From an uncultured Lachnospiraceae bacterium (lineage in GTDB: Bacteria > Bacillota > Clostridia > Lachnospirales > Lachnospiraceae), in the NCBI GenBank assembly GCA_944382125.1, contig CALWMV010000002.1, forward strand, positions 29,548 to 93,547: a stretch of 64,000 nucleotides of DNA, in the 5' to 3' direction. The first letter of the stretch is position 1. Each line of letters opens with the position of its first letter. Shown piece by piece: positions 1-9,669 of this stretch. The position numbers were made by a program, and so were the translations under genes. A model generated the notes under the pieces. It saw only the letters and a list, made by a program, of their open reading frames with translations. It had not been told where the DNA came from and searched no databases.

Positions 1-1112
1 CAGAGCCTCTCCGCTCCTTCCCGGCGCTTGCTGCTGAGCTTCTCACAGGCCTCCTCCAGCCTTTTTCTGCAGGCTTCCCGTTCTTTTTCCGCTGCATTTT
101 TCTGGTTTTCATAATCCGAAAGGAGTTCAAGGCGCTCCTCTCTCTTCTTCAGATAAGCCCTGATCCTTTCGCAGCTTCCTCCGTACTTCTGCTCCATCCT
201 GCGCACAAGCTCAAGGCGTTCCTCCGTCTCCGCAAGGAGCCTTCCGTCAATGTCCGCGTCATCAATGTATCCGTCTATCTCCCTGAGCACTGAAGCCACG
301 ATCCCGTCTGCATCCGACAGTTCTTCATAGAGATGTGTAAGCTCGGCATCATATCTGGCTGCTTCCCTTATCTCATCCATGGCCTCCGCACAGCCCGGTC
401 CCCTCAGATACTCTGCGGCGCGGCTCAGATCCTCCACTACGCTTCTCAGATTTGAAAGCCTGCGGTATCTCCGGCTGAGTTCCTCTTCCTCTCCGTCCTT
501 TATATCAGCAGTCACGATCTCATCTATCTCATATCTGCAGAGTTCCTGCTCCCTGAGACGTTCAGATTCATCCATATCAAAGCTCCGTTCTTTCCTGAGG
601 GCCTCTCTGTAGGCATCATAGGCCTCCGAGGTCTCCCTCTTAAGTTCCCGGATCTCATCAGCTATGAAGCCATCCAGTATGCGCAGGTGTTCATCCTCAG
701 ACATAAGGCTTCGGTGCTCATCCTGTCCGTAAATATCTATCAGCCCTGTACAAACCTCCCTGAGCCTTGAAAGGGTAACGGTCTCTCCGTTTATCTGGCT
801 CTGGCTCCTCTGGGGCATTATCTTCCTGCTTATCACAAGCTGCCCATCCTCATCCGGAGCATAGCCCATGGCGGCAAGCCTTTCCTTCTCCCCCTGATCC
901 TTTATGAAGAAGATAAGCTCCGCATAGCCGTATTCGGCACCCTTTCGTATCATGTCCCCCCTGGCCTTTGCACCAAGGGCCAGCATGGCCGATCCGATCA
1001 CCACAGACTTTCCTGCTCCCGTCTCTCCCGTAAGGATATTCAGGCCCTCTCCGAAGGTGACCGAGGCCTTCCTTATCAGCGCTATGTCCTTGACATTAAG
1101 TTCTGCCAGCAT
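1..1112 (-). CDS. recN: DNA repair protein RecN (N-terminal part; 3' end runs off the window)
   Basis: Reverse translation from ATG at 1112 gives MLAELNVKDIALIRKASVTFGEGLNILTGETGAGKSVVIGS, which carries a Walker A motif. It then continues as coiled-coil-like sequence to the window edge. It sits after argR, as in the conserved Firmicutes order. Confidence 0.85.
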   Translation of the reverse strand, partial: MLAELNVKDIALIRKASVTFGEGLNILTGETGAGKSVVIGSAMLALGAKARGDMIRKGAEYGYAELIFFIKDQGEKERLAAMGYAPDEDGQLVISRKIMPQRSQSQINGETVTLSRLREVCTGLIDIYGQDEHRSLMSEDEHLRILDGFIADEIRELKRETSEAYDAYREALRKERSFDMDESERLREQELCRYEIDEIVTADIKDGEEEELSRRYRRLSNLRSVVEDLSRAAEYLRGPGCAEAMDEIREAARYDAELTHLYEELSDADGIVASVLREIDGYIDDADIDGRLLAETEERLELVRRMEQKYGGSCERIRAYLKKREERLELLSDYENQKNAAEKEREACRKRLEEACEKLSSKRREGAERL

Positions 1113-1593
1113 CTCTGCCCTCTTCCACTATCTTTCTCAGCTTTTTCATAACCTCCAGGCAGTCATCCATGGTCCTGGTAACTATAAGTATGGTATCATC
1201 TCCGGCGATACAGCCCATGACCTCATCAAAGCTGAGGGCATCTATGGATGCCGCCACGGCCTGGGCCAGCCCCACCGCCGTTCTTACGACCAGCAGGTTC
1301 TGTGCCATATCACAGGATACGAATCCGTCCCTGAGTATGTTTATCTGCTTCTGGGAAAGCTCCTGGGTATCGGTTATGAATTTATAGCACTGCTTTCCGT
1401 TGGGAGCCACCACCTTGGTAAGCTTTAAGGCCCTTATATCCCTTGATACCGTAGCCTGGGTCACCTCGTATCCTTCTTTGTTGAGCAGCTCACAAAGCTC
1501 CTCCTGGGTCTCTATCTGGTATCTTCCTATCAGTTCCACTATCTTTGCCTGTCTGCTTATCTTCATCTGGTCCTCTTCAATAGATTTATTCAT
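1096..1593 (-). CDS. argR: Arginine repressor ArgR
   Basis: The 165 aa product has an N-terminal winged-helix region (ISRQAKIVELI...QATVSRDIRALKL) and a C-terminal ArgR oligomerisation domain (GCIAGDDTILIV). It overlaps the recN start by 17 nt. Confidence 0.9.
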   Translation of the reverse strand: MNKSIEEDQMKISRQAKIVELIGRYQIETQEELCELLNKEGYEVTQATVSRDIRALKLTKVVAPNGKQCYKFITDTQELSQKQINILRDGFVSCDMAQNLLVVRTAVGLAQAVAASIDALSFDEVMGCIAGDDTILIVTRTMDDCLEVMKKLRKIVEEGRDAGRT

Positions 1594-1644
1594 GAAAATA
1601 CGGCCTCTGGAGCCTTCATCAGATTTAAAAGGCCCTTGCCGATC

Positions 1645-2472
1645 TTATACGTAAGCCATCTTCTGCCTGAGAGTATGCAGGAAAGATTCCTCCTTGAGCC
1701 TTATGAACCTTGCCACGTGCTCTGACATCCTTATGGATATCACATCGCCCCTCTCCAGGCTCAGCACTGACTCTCCGTCACAGGCCACCAGCTGCTCCGA
1801 GCTTCCGGCAACTATCTTTATCCTGTCATTGGGGGAAAAGATGATGGACCTGGAATTGATCGTATGGGAGCAGATCGGTGTAAGGATTATCATCTTGGCC
1901 TTAGGATCCGCTATGGGCCCGCCAGCTGAAAGAGAGTAGGCAGTGGATCCTGTCGGCGTCGCCGCAAGTATGCCGTCCGCACTGTACTCATTGAGCATCG
2001 TATCATTGACATAGACCTGGAAATTCAGGGTCCTGAGGGAATTGAATCTTGTGAGCAGCACCTCATTGAGAGCCACTCCTCCGTAAATGCTCTCTCCCTG
2101 TCTCAGCACCTCAGCATCCAGCATCATGCGTTCTTCTATCATATAGTCATCATCTATCAGTCTCTTGAGGACCGGAACTATCATGCGTTCATCCGAAAGC
2201 TGAGTGAGATAGCCCATATGTCCCCTGTTGATGCCTATCAGGGGGACTCCGCAGCCTACGGTGCCCCTGGCAGCCTGGATCAGGGTGCCGTCTCCCCCTA
2301 TGGTTATGATACAGTCACAGCCCTCCGGCAGCTCATACCTCTCCTGCTTTTCCTTATCCCATACGGCATAGCTTACTCCTGAAGGAGCATTTTTAAGATA
2401 TGCCTCAATGGTACGTCTGGTCTTTTCTGCTATCGGCTTTTCGGCATTGACTATTATAAAAAAATTCTTCAT
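1645..2472 (-). CDS. nadK: NAD+ kinase
   Basis: 275 aa with the GGDGT motif (IITIGGDGTLIQAARG) and the NAD kinase C-terminal region (TPTGSTAYSLSAGGPI). Confidence 0.9.
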   Translation of the reverse strand: MKNFFIIVNAEKPIAEKTRRTIEAYLKNAPSGVSYAVWDKEKQERYELPEGCDCIITIGGDGTLIQAARGTVGCGVPLIGINRGHMGYLTQLSDERMIVPVLKRLIDDDYMIEERMMLDAEVLRQGESIYGGVALNEVLLTRFNSLRTLNFQVYVNDTMLNEYSADGILAATPTGSTAYSLSAGGPIADPKAKMIILTPICSHTINSRSIIFSPNDRIKIVAGSSEQLVACDGESVLSLERGDVISIRMSEHVARFIRLKEESFLHTLRQKMAYV

Positions 2473-2539
2473 ATGAAATTACCCTTACTGTCTGTCCCCG
2501 TCAATGTCACTCCGGAGCTTATATGCTCCTGCATCGGCT

Positions 2540-3391
2540 TTATCCTCTGTTCTTGTCGGACAGCTCCCCGTGGGCAGCCTCCGTTATGCTGTCTATAAGC
2601 TGCTCCTTCCTGTCTGAGATGCTTTTCTCACTGTCCTGCCCCAGAAGGATAAGGTATTCTATGTTGCCCTCCGGTCCCTTTATCGGGCTGAAGCTCAGCC
2701 CCTCAACCGTAAATCCCTCCTGCTCGGCAAAGCTCCAGATTCCATCTATCACAGACCTGTGGACCCTTATGTCACGCACCACTCCGTGCTTTCCGACCTC
2801 TTCCCTGCCTGCCTCGAACTGGGGCTTTATAAGGCATACCATACGGGCTCTCCCGGAAAGCAGGGGCTTCACCGCGGGAAGGACCTTGCGAAGAGAGATA
2901 AAGGATACATCGCAGGAGGCAAAGTCCAGTTTCTCACCGCCTATATCCTCGGGCTTTATGTACCTGATATTGGTCTTTTCCATACATACTACCCTGGGAT
3001 CATTCCTGAGCTTCCAGTCCAGCTGTCCATATCCCACGTCCACCGAAAATACCTTTTCGGCACCGCACTGAAGCATGCAGTCCGTAAAGCCTCCTGTGGA
3101 AGCTCCTATATCCATGCAGCAGAAGCCCGAAAGATCCAGTCCGAACTCCTTTACTGCCTTATCGAGCTTAAGTCCTCCTCTGGAAACGAAGGGAAGGGCC
3201 TTGCCTCTTATCTCCAGCTTAAGCTCCTCATCGTCGGGAAACATGCTTCCCGGCTTGTCCTCCTTCTGACCATTCACGTAGACTATTCCGCTCATGATCT
3301 CCGCTCTGGCCTTTTCACGGCTTGCAGCAAGGCCTCTGCCGTATACCAGCACGTCAAGCCTCTCTTTTTTTATCTTCTGTTCCTTACTCAT
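2540..3391 (-). CDS. tlyA: TlyA-family rRNA 2'-O-methyltransferase (S4 + FtsJ domains)
   Basis: 283 aa with an S4-like N-terminus (RLDVLVYGRGLAASREKARAEIMSG) and a SAM-binding motif (CMDIGASTGGFTDC). It sits between dxs and nadK. Confidence 0.85.
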   Translation of the reverse strand: MSKEQKIKKERLDVLVYGRGLAASREKARAEIMSGIVYVNGQKEDKPGSMFPDDEELKLEIRGKALPFVSRGGLKLDKAVKEFGLDLSGFCCMDIGASTGGFTDCMLQCGAEKVFSVDVGYGQLDWKLRNDPRVVCMEKTNIRYIKPEDIGGEKLDFASCDVSFISLRKVLPAVKPLLSGRARMVCLIKPQFEAGREEVGKHGVVRDIRVHRSVIDGIWSFAEQEGFTVEGLSFSPIKGPEGNIEYLILLGQDSEKSISDRKEQLIDSITEAAHGELSDKNRG

Positions 3392-3402
3392 CCTGTATGC
3401 TT

Positions 3403-5271
3403 TCAGATAACCTTTTCTTCCTTAAGTTTTGCGATTATACTGTCTGAATCTATTCCCAGCATGGCTCTGAGCTGCGTGACATCTCCATGTTCTATATATG
3501 CGTCCGGCAGGGCTATATTGACTACCCTGCAGGAAGCTCTCCGGCTCTGGGCATAGCAGCTTACCACCTGTCCGAAGCCTCCTCTCTCAACATTTTCTTC
3601 AAGGGTCACCAGTATTCGATGCGTCGAGAGCAGTCTCTTTACCATGTCCATGTCCACGGGCTTTGCAAATCTCGCATTTACCAGTGTTGGCTCCAGTCCC
3701 TCTGAGACCCGCAGCTTGGTGCAGATATGCTCTGCAGTGCTCACCATGGATCCAAGAGCCATGAAGGCTATATCCCTGCCCTGCCATATGAGCTCGGCCT
3801 TTCCGGTCTCTATGGGCTCCAGCTTGTCTGAAAGTCCCTCATAGGCCTTTCCCCTGGGATATCTTATGGCACAGGGACCGCCCTGGCTGAAGGCGTAGCT
3901 CAGCATAGCCCGAAGCTCCTCCGCATTTTTGGGAGCAAGCACCTTCATATTCGGTATCTCGCAGAGGTATGACAGATCAAATATACCCTGGTGGGTCTCT
4001 CCGTCGGATCCCACAAGGCCCGCCCTGTCCACAGCAAAGACCACCGGAAGATTCTGGAGACATACATCATGGACGATCTGATCAAAGGCTCTCTGCAGGA
4101 AGGAGGAATAGACCGCAACAACAGGCCTCAGTCCTGCTGCAGCCATACCTGCGGCACTCGTCACCGCATGGGCCTCTGCTATCCCCACATCAAAAAATCT
4201 CTCAGGAAACCTTGCAGCAAATTCTGAAAGTCCCGTACCATCAGGCATCGCTGCAGTCACCGCAACTATGTCCTTTTCCTTTTCCGCAAGCTCACAGAGC
4301 TTTTTTGAAAAAACATCGGTATATGAAGGGCCGGTCTTTGGCTCAACGGGCTTCCCGGTCCTGATATTGAAGGGCTCTACCCCGTGAAAAGCCTTTGGAT
4401 CCTTCTCCGCCGGCTTATAGCCCTTTCCCTTTTTCGTTATGACATGGAGGAGGACGGCATGATCCACCTTCTTTGCATCCTTTATGGCCTTTTCCAGGGC
4501 CCTTATGTCATGCCCGTTCACTGGTCCCAGATAGGTTATGCCCATGTCCTCAAAAAGCATGCCGGGTATGACCATCTGCTTTATGCTGTCCTTGGTCTTC
4601 TTCACCCGGTCCGCTATCCTGTCACCCACATAGGGTATGGACTTGAGGCTGGATTCAACTCCCTTTTTGAAGCTGTTATATCCTTTGTCGGTACGTATCC
4701 CATTCAGATAGCTGGATATACCTCCCACATTCCTTGAGATGGACATGTCGTTATCATTGAGGATGATTATGAAATTCTTTTTGATATGAGAGGCATTGTT
4801 GAGGGCCTCATAAGCCATCCCTCCCGTAAGGGCACCGTCTCCTATGACGGAAACTATGGTATAATCCTCTCCCCTTATGTCCCGCCCCTGGGCCATCCCC
4901 AGGCCTGCGGATATGGAAGTGGAGCTGTGTCCCGTATCAAAGGCATCAAAGGGGCTTTCATTGCGCTTGGGAAATCCCGAGAGGCCGCCCATCTTTCTCA
5001 GGCTGTCAAACTCCTCCCGCCTTCCGGACAGTATCTTATGGGTGTAGGACTGATGTCCCACATCCCATATTATCTTGTCCTTAGGCATATTGAGCACGCG
5101 AAAAAGGGCTACGGTAAGTTCCACCACCCCAAGATTGGAGGACAGATGTCCTCCCGTCTTTGATGTCTTTTCGATTATAAATGTTCTGATCTCTCCGCAA
5201 AGAGCATCCAGCTGCCTGTAGGTCAGCTTTCTTAAGTCGGAGGGATCCTTTATATGTTCCAGGAGCATCAC
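3403..5271 (-). CDS. dxs: 1-deoxy-D-xylulose-5-phosphate synthase
   Basis: 622 aa with a GGHLSSNLGVVELTVAL N-terminus, the TPP-binding GDGALTGGMAYEALN motif and a transketolase-like C-terminus. Confidence 0.95.
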   Translation of the reverse strand: MMLLEHIKDPSDLRKLTYRQLDALCGEIRTFIIEKTSKTGGHLSSNLGVVELTVALFRVLNMPKDKIIWDVGHQSYTHKILSGRREEFDSLRKMGGLSGFPKRNESPFDAFDTGHSSTSISAGLGMAQGRDIRGEDYTIVSVIGDGALTGGMAYEALNNASHIKKNFIIILNDNDMSISRNVGGISSYLNGIRTDKGYNSFKKGVESSLKSIPYVGDRIADRVKKTKDSIKQMVIPGMLFEDMGITYLGPVNGHDIRALEKAIKDAKKVDHAVLLHVITKKGKGYKPAEKDPKAFHGVEPFNIRTGKPVEPKTGPSYTDVFSKKLCELAEKEKDIVAVTAAMPDGTGLSEFAARFPERFFDVGIAEAHAVTSAAGMAAAGLRPVVAVYSSFLQRAFDQIVHDVCLQNLPVVFAVDRAGLVGSDGETHQGIFDLSYLCEIPNMKVLAPKNAEELRAMLSYAFSQGGPCAIRYPRGKAYEGLSDKLEPIETGKAELIWQGRDIAFMALGSMVSTAEHICTKLRVSEGLEPTLVNARFAKPVDMDMVKRLLSTHRILVTLEENVERGGFGQVVSCYAQSRRASCRVVNIALPDAYIEHGDVTQLRAMLGIDSDSIIAKLKEEKVI

Positions 5272-5299
5272 TTGCGCCTTTCGATCCTTTATTGATGAT

Positions 5300-6181
5300 T
5301 CAGAAGCTTCTGTCTATAAGCTGTCTGAGCAGTTCTTCAAAAAATTCATCCTCACCTATGGAGGCAAGGTTTTCTATTGCCCTGTCAGTAAACCTTCTGA
5401 CATCCTTCTCGGACTGCTCAAGTCCGTAAAATGTCACCCAGGTTATCTTGGCATTGCGGTCATCTGCATGGGCCGATTTTCCAAGCTCAGAGGAGGTAGA
5501 TATGACATCCAGTATGTCATCCCTTATCTGAAAGGCCAGACCTATATCCCGGCCTATGCGTTCCATAAGCTCCACCGTTTCCTCTCCGGCGCCGGCACAT
5601 ACTGCTCCCATCATGAGGGCTGCCTCTATAAGAGCCCCGGTCTTCTTTTCATAGATGAAGCGAAGGGTGTCCGGATCAGGGATGCTTCCCGTAAGCTCCA
5701 CATCCACGGTCTGTCCGCCTATCATCCCGAAGATGCCGGATTTCTCTGCCAGTATCCTTATGGCTCTCAGTCTCACATCCTCCGGAAGCTCCGACTTAAG
5801 CCCGGTTTCAAAGGCATATATCATCAGACCGTCTCCGGCAAGGGTCCCCATATCGACTCCGAATCTGGCCCAGGTAGAGGGCTTGCCCCTTCTGAGCTCA
5901 TCATTGTCCATGCACGGAAGATCATCATGCACCAGAGAGGAGGAATGTATCATCTCAAGGGCTGTCATAAGAGGATAGAGCTTTTCCATATCCCAGCCTC
6001 CCGAAAGCCTGTATGCACACTCCATGAAGATCGGCCTCAGCCTCTTGCCTCCGTTTCGTACTGAATAATTGCAGGCACTGAGTATGGTCTTCTGAGGGCC
6101 TTCCTCGTCAGGAAGAAATTTTTCTATAGCTTCATTTACCAGTCTGGTCCGATCCTGTAATTCCTTTTCAAAGTCGATCAT
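5300..6181 (-). CDS. ispA: Polyprenyl (farnesyl/geranylgeranyl) diphosphate synthase
   Basis: Two DDxxD motifs are present (LVHDDLPCMDNDELRRGKP and FQIRDDILD). I prefer the ATG at 6181 (MIDFEKEL...), which lies 4 nt after the xseB stop. The ORF-track start at 6217 overlaps xseB. Confidence 0.9.
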   Translation of the reverse strand: MIDFEKELQDRTRLVNEAIEKFLPDEEGPQKTILSACNYSVRNGGKRLRPIFMECAYRLSGGWDMEKLYPLMTALEMIHSSSLVHDDLPCMDNDELRRGKPSTWARFGVDMGTLAGDGLMIYAFETGLKSELPEDVRLRAIRILAEKSGIFGMIGGQTVDVELTGSIPDPDTLRFIYEKKTGALIEAALMMGAVCAGAGEETVELMERIGRDIGLAFQIRDDILDVISTSSELGKSAHADDRNAKITWVTFYGLEQSEKDVRRFTDRAIENLASIGEDEFFEELLRQLIDRSF

Positions 6182-6185
6182 CAGG

Positions 6186-6464
6186 TCAGTCTCCCTTCTC
6201 ATCGTCCTCGGTGTCATCGTCCCCGATCAGGGCCTCTTTTTCTTCAGTTCCGAGGATCTGGAGCTTCTGCTCCACCTTATCTATCTGTGACTCCACGCCC
6301 TTTATAAGCTTAAGTCCCTTTTCATAGAGCTCAAAGGATTCCTCCAGGGGAGTATCCTCGTCCTCCAGACGCTCAAGGAGCTCATCCAGAAGCCTGAAGC
6401 TTTCCTCTATGCCCGGTCTCTTTGCCTTTGCCGCCGGGCTCTGCTCATCCTTTGCCTTTCTCAT
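6186..6464 (-). CDS. xseB: Exodeoxyribonuclease VII small subunit
   Basis: 92 aa containing EESFRLLDELLERLEDEDTPLEESFELYEKGLKL, typical of XseB. It follows xseA with a 20 nt overlap. Confidence 0.9.
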   Translation of the reverse strand: MRKAKDEQSPAAKAKRPGIEESFRLLDELLERLEDEDTPLEESFELYEKGLKLIKGVESQIDKVEQKLQILGTEEKEALIGDDDTEDDEKGD

Positions 6465-7761
6465 ATGACCTCTCTGCTTTACTGTTTATTTTCCTTCCAG
6501 GCCGTTCTACTGTATTTACCGTAGAAATAAAGCTTCCGTCCCTCAGTCTGGTCCTGACAGTGCCGCCCTCCTGGACCTCACGTATGGATCTGATCGCTTT
6601 TCCGTCCTCACCTGTGATATAGCCATAGCCTCCGGAGATACGGCGAAGGGGCGAGGAAGCATCCAGTCTTCCTGCCCTGAGTTCAAGGCCATGCCTTGAG
6701 GCAGTCAGCTTTGATCTTATGGCACTGTAAATATCAAAGGCAAAGGCCTCTTTTCTTGCTTTCGCATCCCGGAGGCGAAGTCTTAGGGCCTTCTCATATC
6801 CGCTCTCAAGCTGCCTTAAGCGAAGCCTTCTTTCCTTCAGCACCGAGGCCGGATCATGGGGAAGGAGCCTGAGCCTTCGGTTATACAGGGCCCGTCTCTT
6901 TCCTTCGAGCTTCCTTTGGATGGCAGAATCCAGCCTGTCCCTTCCGGCACTTAGTTCCCTTTCCAGATCCTCATACCTGAAGGTACAGAGCTCTGCTGCT
7001 GCAGAGGGTGTAGGCGCCCTTTTATCAGCCACAAAGTCTGCTATGGTAAAATCCGTTTCGTGTCCCACGGCAGAAACTATCGGTGTGTCCGCATCAAATA
7101 TGGCCCTGGCTACATCCTCCTCGTTAAAGGCCCACAGATCCTCTATGGATCCGCCTCCTCTTCCGACTATGATCACATCAAGGCCCATGGCGTCCAGTTT
7201 CCTTATGCCGCGGCAGATATCCTCCTTTGCCCCTTCTCCCTGTACCAGGGCGGGATAAAGTATGAGCCTCGTGTACGGATTCCTGCGTCCCGCTATATTG
7301 CAGATATCCTGTATGGCGGCTCCGGTAGGAGAAGTGACTATACCTATGCTCTCTGCATAGGCTGGGATGGGCTTCTTATACATCTCATCAAACATGCCCA
7401 TCTCTTTAAGCTCTTCTTTGAGCATGAGGAATCGCTCATAAAGCTCTCCCTGGCCCGAAAGCCTTGCCGACCTGGCATAGAGCTGGTAGGTGCCGTTCTT
7501 TTCATACACCGATACCTGGCCCCTGACCTCCAGCTTCTGGCCATCCATGATGCGGAAGCTTAAGCCGGATCTGTTTGAGGCAAACATGACGCAGCTTATG
7601 GCTGCCCCGTCATCCTTCAGCGTAAAATAAATATGACCAGCAGTATGATACTTACAGTTGCTTACCTCACCTGCTATGCAGATATTGGAAAGGGCAAAAT
7701 CCCTTACAAATATGCTCCTGATATACGCATTGATCTGCGAAACTGTATATACTCCGGTCAT
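6445..7761 (-). CDS. xseA: Exodeoxyribonuclease VII large subunit
   Basis: 438 aa with an OB-fold N-terminus (VYTVSQINAYIRSIF...) and a catalytic core (GRGGGSIEDLWAFNEE, SAVGHETDFTIADFVAD). Confidence 0.95.
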   Translation of the reverse strand: MTGVYTVSQINAYIRSIFVRDFALSNICIAGEVSNCKYHTAGHIYFTLKDDGAAISCVMFASNRSGLSFRIMDGQKLEVRGQVSVYEKNGTYQLYARSARLSGQGELYERFLMLKEELKEMGMFDEMYKKPIPAYAESIGIVTSPTGAAIQDICNIAGRRNPYTRLILYPALVQGEGAKEDICRGIRKLDAMGLDVIIVGRGGGSIEDLWAFNEEDVARAIFDADTPIVSAVGHETDFTIADFVADKRAPTPSAAAELCTFRYEDLERELSAGRDRLDSAIQRKLEGKRRALYNRRLRLLPHDPASVLKERRLRLRQLESGYEKALRLRLRDAKARKEAFAFDIYSAIRSKLTASRHGLELRAGRLDASSPLRRISGGYGYITGEDGKAIRSIREVQEGGTVRTRLRDGSFISTVNTVERPGRKINSKAERSYEKGKG

Positions 7762-7792
7762 GATCTCTTTCTATAGGTTTCCAATGTACAGC

Positions 7793-8227
7793 TCAGGCCT
7801 CGGTCTCTCTCACGAGACGTGCAAGCACACCATTTATAAAGGCCGGGGCCTCGTCGGAGCAATACTCCTTACCAAGCTCAACCGCCTCATTTATAGCTAC
7901 TCCCACGGGCACGGTATCATCATATCTGATCTCGTAAAGGGCAAGCCTCAGTATGCTGAGCTCCGCCCTGCCCATGCGGCTTATCCTCCATCCCTCTGAT
8001 ACCCGGTCTATGTCACTGTCCAGCTCAGGCAGATGATCTGAAATGTCCAGCACCCTGTCAACTATCTCCTTCTGCTCCTCCTCTGAAAGCTCAAATTCAC
8101 AGGTCTCATTGAGATAGTTGTAAAGGGGCAGTTCTCTGTCCTCGCCCTCGTGAAAGCCCATGCCAAACAGCATCTTGAATGTCTGGTCTCTCAATTCATG
8201 TCTTGTCATCTTGTCTCCAACGCTCAT
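7793..8227 (-). CDS. nusB: Transcription antitermination factor NusB
   Basis: 144 aa with the NusB fold signature (ILRLALYEI...PVGVAINEAVELGKEY). Its position between asp23 and xseA is conserved. Confidence 0.9.
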   Translation of the reverse strand: MSVGDKMTRHELRDQTFKMLFGMGFHEGEDRELPLYNYLNETCEFELSEEEQKEIVDRVLDISDHLPELDSDIDRVSEGWRISRMGRAELSILRLALYEIRYDDTVPVGVAINEAVELGKEYCSDEAPAFINGVLARLVRETEA

Positions 8228-8610
8228 CTGTCTGCCTGGGTGTTGACACCGGCAATATTGACCCCGACTCTCATCACATTGAGCCCGGTCATGTTCTCGA
8301 GGGTCGTCTTGACCCTGTCCTGTACCGCTGCCGATATCTTGGGGATACTGTAACCGTACTTGACGTTCAGCGTAAGATCCACGCTGATCTCATCACCGTT
8401 TATGTCTGTCCTTACTCCCTTTGAAAGGTTTTTTGAGCTGAGCCTGGAAAGGATGTCCCTGGTGATATTGCCTGCCATGCTGTCAACTCCCTCTACCTCC
8501 ATGGCCGCAAGGCCTGCTATGCACGCCATGACATCATCAGCGATCTTGACGCTTCCGAGGTTATCTCTTTCATATACCACATGCGACACACGATTATTAT
8601 TGTCAGCCAT
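8224..8610 (-). CDS. Asp23/Gls24-family alkaline shock protein
   Basis: 128 aa containing GSVKIADDVMACIAGLAAMEVEGV, typical of the Asp23 family. It overlaps the nusB start by 4 nt. Confidence 0.85.
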   Translation of the reverse strand: MADNNNRVSHVVYERDNLGSVKIADDVMACIAGLAAMEVEGVDSMAGNITRDILSRLSSKNLSKGVRTDINGDEISVDLTLNVKYGYSIPKISAAVQDRVKTTLENMTGLNVMRVGVNIAGVNTQADR

Positions 8611-8639
8611 AGCTCCCTCCGAATAAAAAATCTCAAATA

Positions 8640-8668
8640 ATTATACCCTAACAGGAGCCATTAAGCAA
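8640..8668 (-). promoter_or_regulatory. Candidate sigma-A promoter for the asp23-to-recN array
   Basis: The minus strand reads TTGCTT, a 17 nt spacer, then TATAAT, about 30 nt upstream of the asp23 start. Confidence 0.5.
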
Positions 8669-8670
8669 GT

Positions 8671-8712
8671 AAAGAGGCCGACGAATGGGGAAATCTCCCA
8701 TATGTCGGCCTC
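8671..8712 (-). terminator. Hairpin terminator downstream of thiT
   Basis: Outer stem GAGGCCGAC/GTCGGCCTC with an inner TGGGG/CTCCCA stem. It is followed on the minus strand by TTTACTTGCTT. Confidence 0.5.
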
Positions 8713-8817
8713 ACATGCCTGATCATTTTTTCTCTGAAACATATCCCTTAGCCGAGCAGTCACCTGTGATCACATTTGCTTACAGGTCATCCGGCACAGC
8801 CTGTTTCTTCCCATTGA

Positions 8818-9486
8818 TCAGCTTCTTGCTTCCTTCTTAATGCGAAGCAGTACATTTTTTACGGCTGGAATACTTATTATGACCGCCGTAAGTATCATCT
8901 CCGCCCCGATATATATGATGTTATATACCATTGAATAGGGAAGAGGCGACCAGCCCTCCCAGATCACGGTGCCCAGCGAATACCAGATAAGTCCCGCTAT
9001 CGTCGCCATTATCCATCTTCCAAGGCAGGCCACGATATAGCCTATGATAAGGCCGTTCTTCATCTTCGCAAAGAAGCCTGCTGCTCCCATTATCATAAAG
9101 GCAAAGATATAGTCGAACAGGAACTGGGGAAAGGTAAGGAAATAGGGTCCCAGAAGGAACTGGATGAGTCCATAGATCAGTCCGCACAAAAAGCCTGTGG
9201 CAGGTCCGTAAAACCAGGCGGGGAGCATGGCAAAAAGCATGCTGCAGAGTGTTACCGAGCCTCCATAGGTAAATTCAAACACCTTGATCATACTGGTCAC
9301 AGCAGCGAGGGCGATGCACATGCTGCAGAAGGTGAGCTGCTTTATGCCCTTGGATCCGGCTTTTCCGCCAAGCAAAGCCTCATCCTTCCTTCTTACAGCA
9401 AATATGCAGAGCAGAAGCAGCACTATGACTGCTCCCGATACCATGTAGCCCAGGCTCGTAAGCCCGCCGTCAGCATTGATAAACAT
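8818..9486 (-). CDS. thiT: Thiamine transporter ThiT (ECF S-component type)
   Basis: A multi-pass membrane protein sitting directly behind a TPP riboswitch. I prefer the ATG at 9486 (MFINADGG...), which has AAGGAGG 7 nt upstream. The ORF-track start at 9510 is a TTG. Confidence 0.75.
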   Translation of the reverse strand: MFINADGGLTSLGYMVSGAVIVLLLLCIFAVRRKDEALLGGKAGSKGIKQLTFCSMCIALAAVTSMIKVFEFTYGGSVTLCSMLFAMLPAWFYGPATGFLCGLIYGLIQFLLGPYFLTFPQFLFDYIFAFMIMGAAGFFAKMKNGLIIGYIVACLGRWIMATIAGLIWYSLGTVIWEGWSPLPYSMVYNIIYIGAEMILTAVIISIPAVKNVLLRIKKEARS

Positions 9487-9494
9487 AAAAAAAT

Positions 9495-9634
9495 CCTCCT
9501 TTTTCAACAAGGAGGGGCATAATATATGGACCTTCAGAAAAGATCCACAAGCTTCCCTACGCAGGCATTATCCTGTTCAGGTTATGAGGGACCGAGGTCA
9601 TGATGACCCCCATCTCAGCATTACGCGCCCCTAG
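9495..9634 (-). promoter_or_regulatory. TPP (THI-box) riboswitch with SD-sequestering hairpin
   Basis: The minus strand reads CTAGGGGCGCGTAATGCTGAGATGGGGGTCATCATGACCTCGGTCCCTCATAACCTGAACAGGATAATGCCTGCGTAGGGAAG. This contains the conserved GGGG.GC, CUGAGA, ACC and AACCUGA.CAGGAUAAUGCC.GCGUAGGGA blocks. Downstream, CCTCCTT (9509-9515) can pair perfectly with the AAGGAGG SD (9495-9501). Confidence 0.9.
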
Positions 9635-9669
9635 CCTCTGTTTATGATTTACGTACCCATTATAATATC

